Below are positions 61,587 through 64,000 of a stretch of 64,000 nucleotides of DNA, piece by piece. Origin of the DNA: Podarcis erhardii. Lineage: Eukaryota. Where the stretch lies: NCBI GenBank assembly GCA_964252035.1, contig OZ176202.1. One strand, given 5' to 3'. Made by a program: the position numbers and the translations under genes. The notes beneath the pieces were generated by a model, which worked only from the letters and a program-made list of their open reading frames with translations, ran no database searches and was not told the origin of the DNA. Position 1 is the stretch's first letter, and every line of letters starts with the position of its first letter.

Positions 61587-64000
61587 AGATCTTAATAGAT
61601 TCATAGAATTGTAAACTGCAACACATTGTGTATGTGGGACTGCTTTTGAAGACTGTTTGGAAACTCCAGCTAATGCAGAACTGAGCAGCAGATTCATCTG
61701 AGGGTGGTCCCCTCAAATATTTTTTTGGGGGGACTGAAGGGATCTTGGCCCCTAGGAGTTGGCTCCTATGATTTGCTTTCACAATGAGGAGTTAACAGTT
61801 CCTTAGACCCACACATTTCATCCCTCTTTGATGGAATAGGCCAAGACAAGCAAGGCCCCAGCACACAACTGGTCAGCGAAACCTGTCCAAGCACCTTTGT
61901 CAAAATCACCAGGCCCTCAAAACTGATGCCCATTGATCAAATACGACCCTATTGTCTGGACACCTCCTGCTATAGGTACTGCTCTAAATGTGGGTTCTTA
62001 AATCAGGATAGATGCCATCAATTGTATCTTCAAGCGCCTTGCAGGTAATGTCACAGCATGTTACCAAAGGCTGGGTGCTGCTGTGGCTAAAGAGCTTCTG
62101 CTGAACCTATCTCGCTACATCACTGCTGTTGGTGGTCCTACAGCTCCTCTTGCTGCTCTTTCTTGGAAAAGAATGCAAGGGTAGGGCTCTGCTTTTGCTC
62201 CTGGCATGTGATTTGATTGAGTAAGGGATAACGAGAAATGGAAAGTGCTTTGGAACTTGGTATGATATGTTTTGGAAAGGCAGACACACTATTTTGGCTG
62301 CAGGGTTTTTGCAATGATAGACTTTGCCTTTGAGCAACATACAAAAAGCATGTGTCTTGGACACACAACCCTGTACCTGCTGGATGAAAGGTGCCAAGGA
62401 AAACCAAACATTCGATAAGCTCTGGCTGCCTAATCCTGCTCTATGTCCGGGTCTCTCTTCATAAGGAACAAAGGCGATCAAGGTCCTATCAACAGAAGGT
62501 GACTGCCTAGTTAGAGCACAACCAAAGTCCAAATGTTGGGTATTCAACAGAGGGGCAGCCCATCCCATTTTGCCACCTGAGGTTAAAACTTAACCAATAT
62601 GCAATGTGATACTAAGAATGCTCCCTGAGTTCAGTGAGCATTCTTAAGATGGGCTTAGGATCACAAACTGACAGGTCAATACTAAAAAAGTAAATCTTTA
62701 ATTGTGTTCAGCGGTGCTAACACCCTAGTAAGCATGCTTAGGATTCAATCTTATGCATGCTTGCTTAAGAGACAGCACCATGGAACTCAAATGGCACTTG
62801 CTTTTGAGTAGACATGCATAGGCTTGGGCTACATATAGGCACTCGTCTTATTGGAATATGTTAATTTGCATTTTGGAAGAGGACAAATATATAATCTTAA
62901 AAAGTAAAACCACACAAGTTAAGCACAATTGGTTAGTTCAACATTTTATCATTCCTATTGCTGGATCAAAATGCTGGATCATCTCTTTAAATCCTTGTTT
63001 TTATTGTTACAGGGGCAGGGCATTGCATATATATACCATTAACTAGAGCAAGCATTATTCTAATTAATAGCATGTTTTGATCTTCGTAAAGCAAGCAACG
63101 TTTACTTCATGCTGCCCTTTTCAGGGTAATCACTCTTGCCAAAGCTTGAGATCCTGCGTCCATTTAGGCAGCTTAGATCCCATTTGAGTCACTGAGATAC
63201 AATCAGCACACGTCTGTGCAGAATTGCAACCAAAGGCAATAGATCTTTTCCAAACAGTCCCCATATGGACAAAGCCATCCATTTTATAGAGGCACCTATC
63301 TGGGCCACATATGTCTACTTGCTACCCAGAGGGGACATATTAACCCCTGAGGGCTCAGATGCAGAAAAGGCATTAGAGTGATATAATGCAAACTGAAATA
63401 TATGTGGAAACCAGAGTGACAAATGGCTATGCAGCAAACATCTAAATGAGGAAACATCTGTGCAGTAGAGAGATAATTAGAGTTAGTGTGTTCTGTAGAG
63501 AAATGGAAGGCTTGTTATGTGATTAATGAAATAACACAGTAGGGATGCAGCAAATATAAATAGTTCAATACATCCAAATCAGAGCATCTCAGACATGAAA
63601 TTACAGTGGCCCATTTTGTGCTGATGCAGTTTATCTAAAGGCCAATAACCAAAATAGCATCTCTCAAATAATGGTTGAGCAGCTCACAGTCGTCCCCGCC
63701 ACATTTACTGTACAATGATTATGTATAAAAATAAGACTTGCATGGGTAATTCAGCATATGAATTAAATATGCAATCAGCAAAAGCTCAAAGCCCCTCACC
63801 CACTTGCAAAGGCAAGGGTCATGGAGATGAATTAATTCAATGATGATAACCTTCAAAATACATAAATAGGGGGAAACTAAAGATGCTAAGATATAATGAA
63901 TGGGATGGAGTGTGCAGTATTTAGGATTGCAAACTTTTAAAGTGGCTCCTTGTTTTAGCACAGCAGCTTGACATCCAGTAAGAAAGCAGGTGAAGGATTT

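Overview
Vertebrate genomic DNA, most likely from a lacertid lizard (inferred from Sauria-type SINEs and other squamate repeats). Two genes lie tail to tail. On the + strand are SMAP1 exons 3-11 (ArfGAP; exons 1-2 lie upstream of the window), with the stop at 35554-35556 and a U12-type intron at 253-1351. On the - strand is the complete 4-exon B3GAT2 (GlcAT-S, 302 aa; CDS 59112-58585, 44462-44318, 37126-36978, 36889-36803) with its CpG-island promoter. The introns carry Sauria SINEs, other SINEs, pogo/Tigger-like and hAT MITEs, CR1, L2 and Rex1 fragments, a fossil hAT transposase and Penelope-like fragments. The strongest leads are: (1) an apparently intact minimal hammerhead ribozyme in a TSD-flanked Penelope-like fragment in B3GAT2 intron 1; (2) a templated inverted copy of a SINE plus 30 bp of host flank across 9.3 kb, creating an inverted repeat around SMAP1 exon 6; (3) an in-frame upstream ATG and an Arg-rich uORF at B3GAT2; (4) interleaved poly(A) signals of the two convergent genes. 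Exon numbering and human comparisons come from recall of the human proteins, and repeat-family names from pattern recognition; no database search was run.
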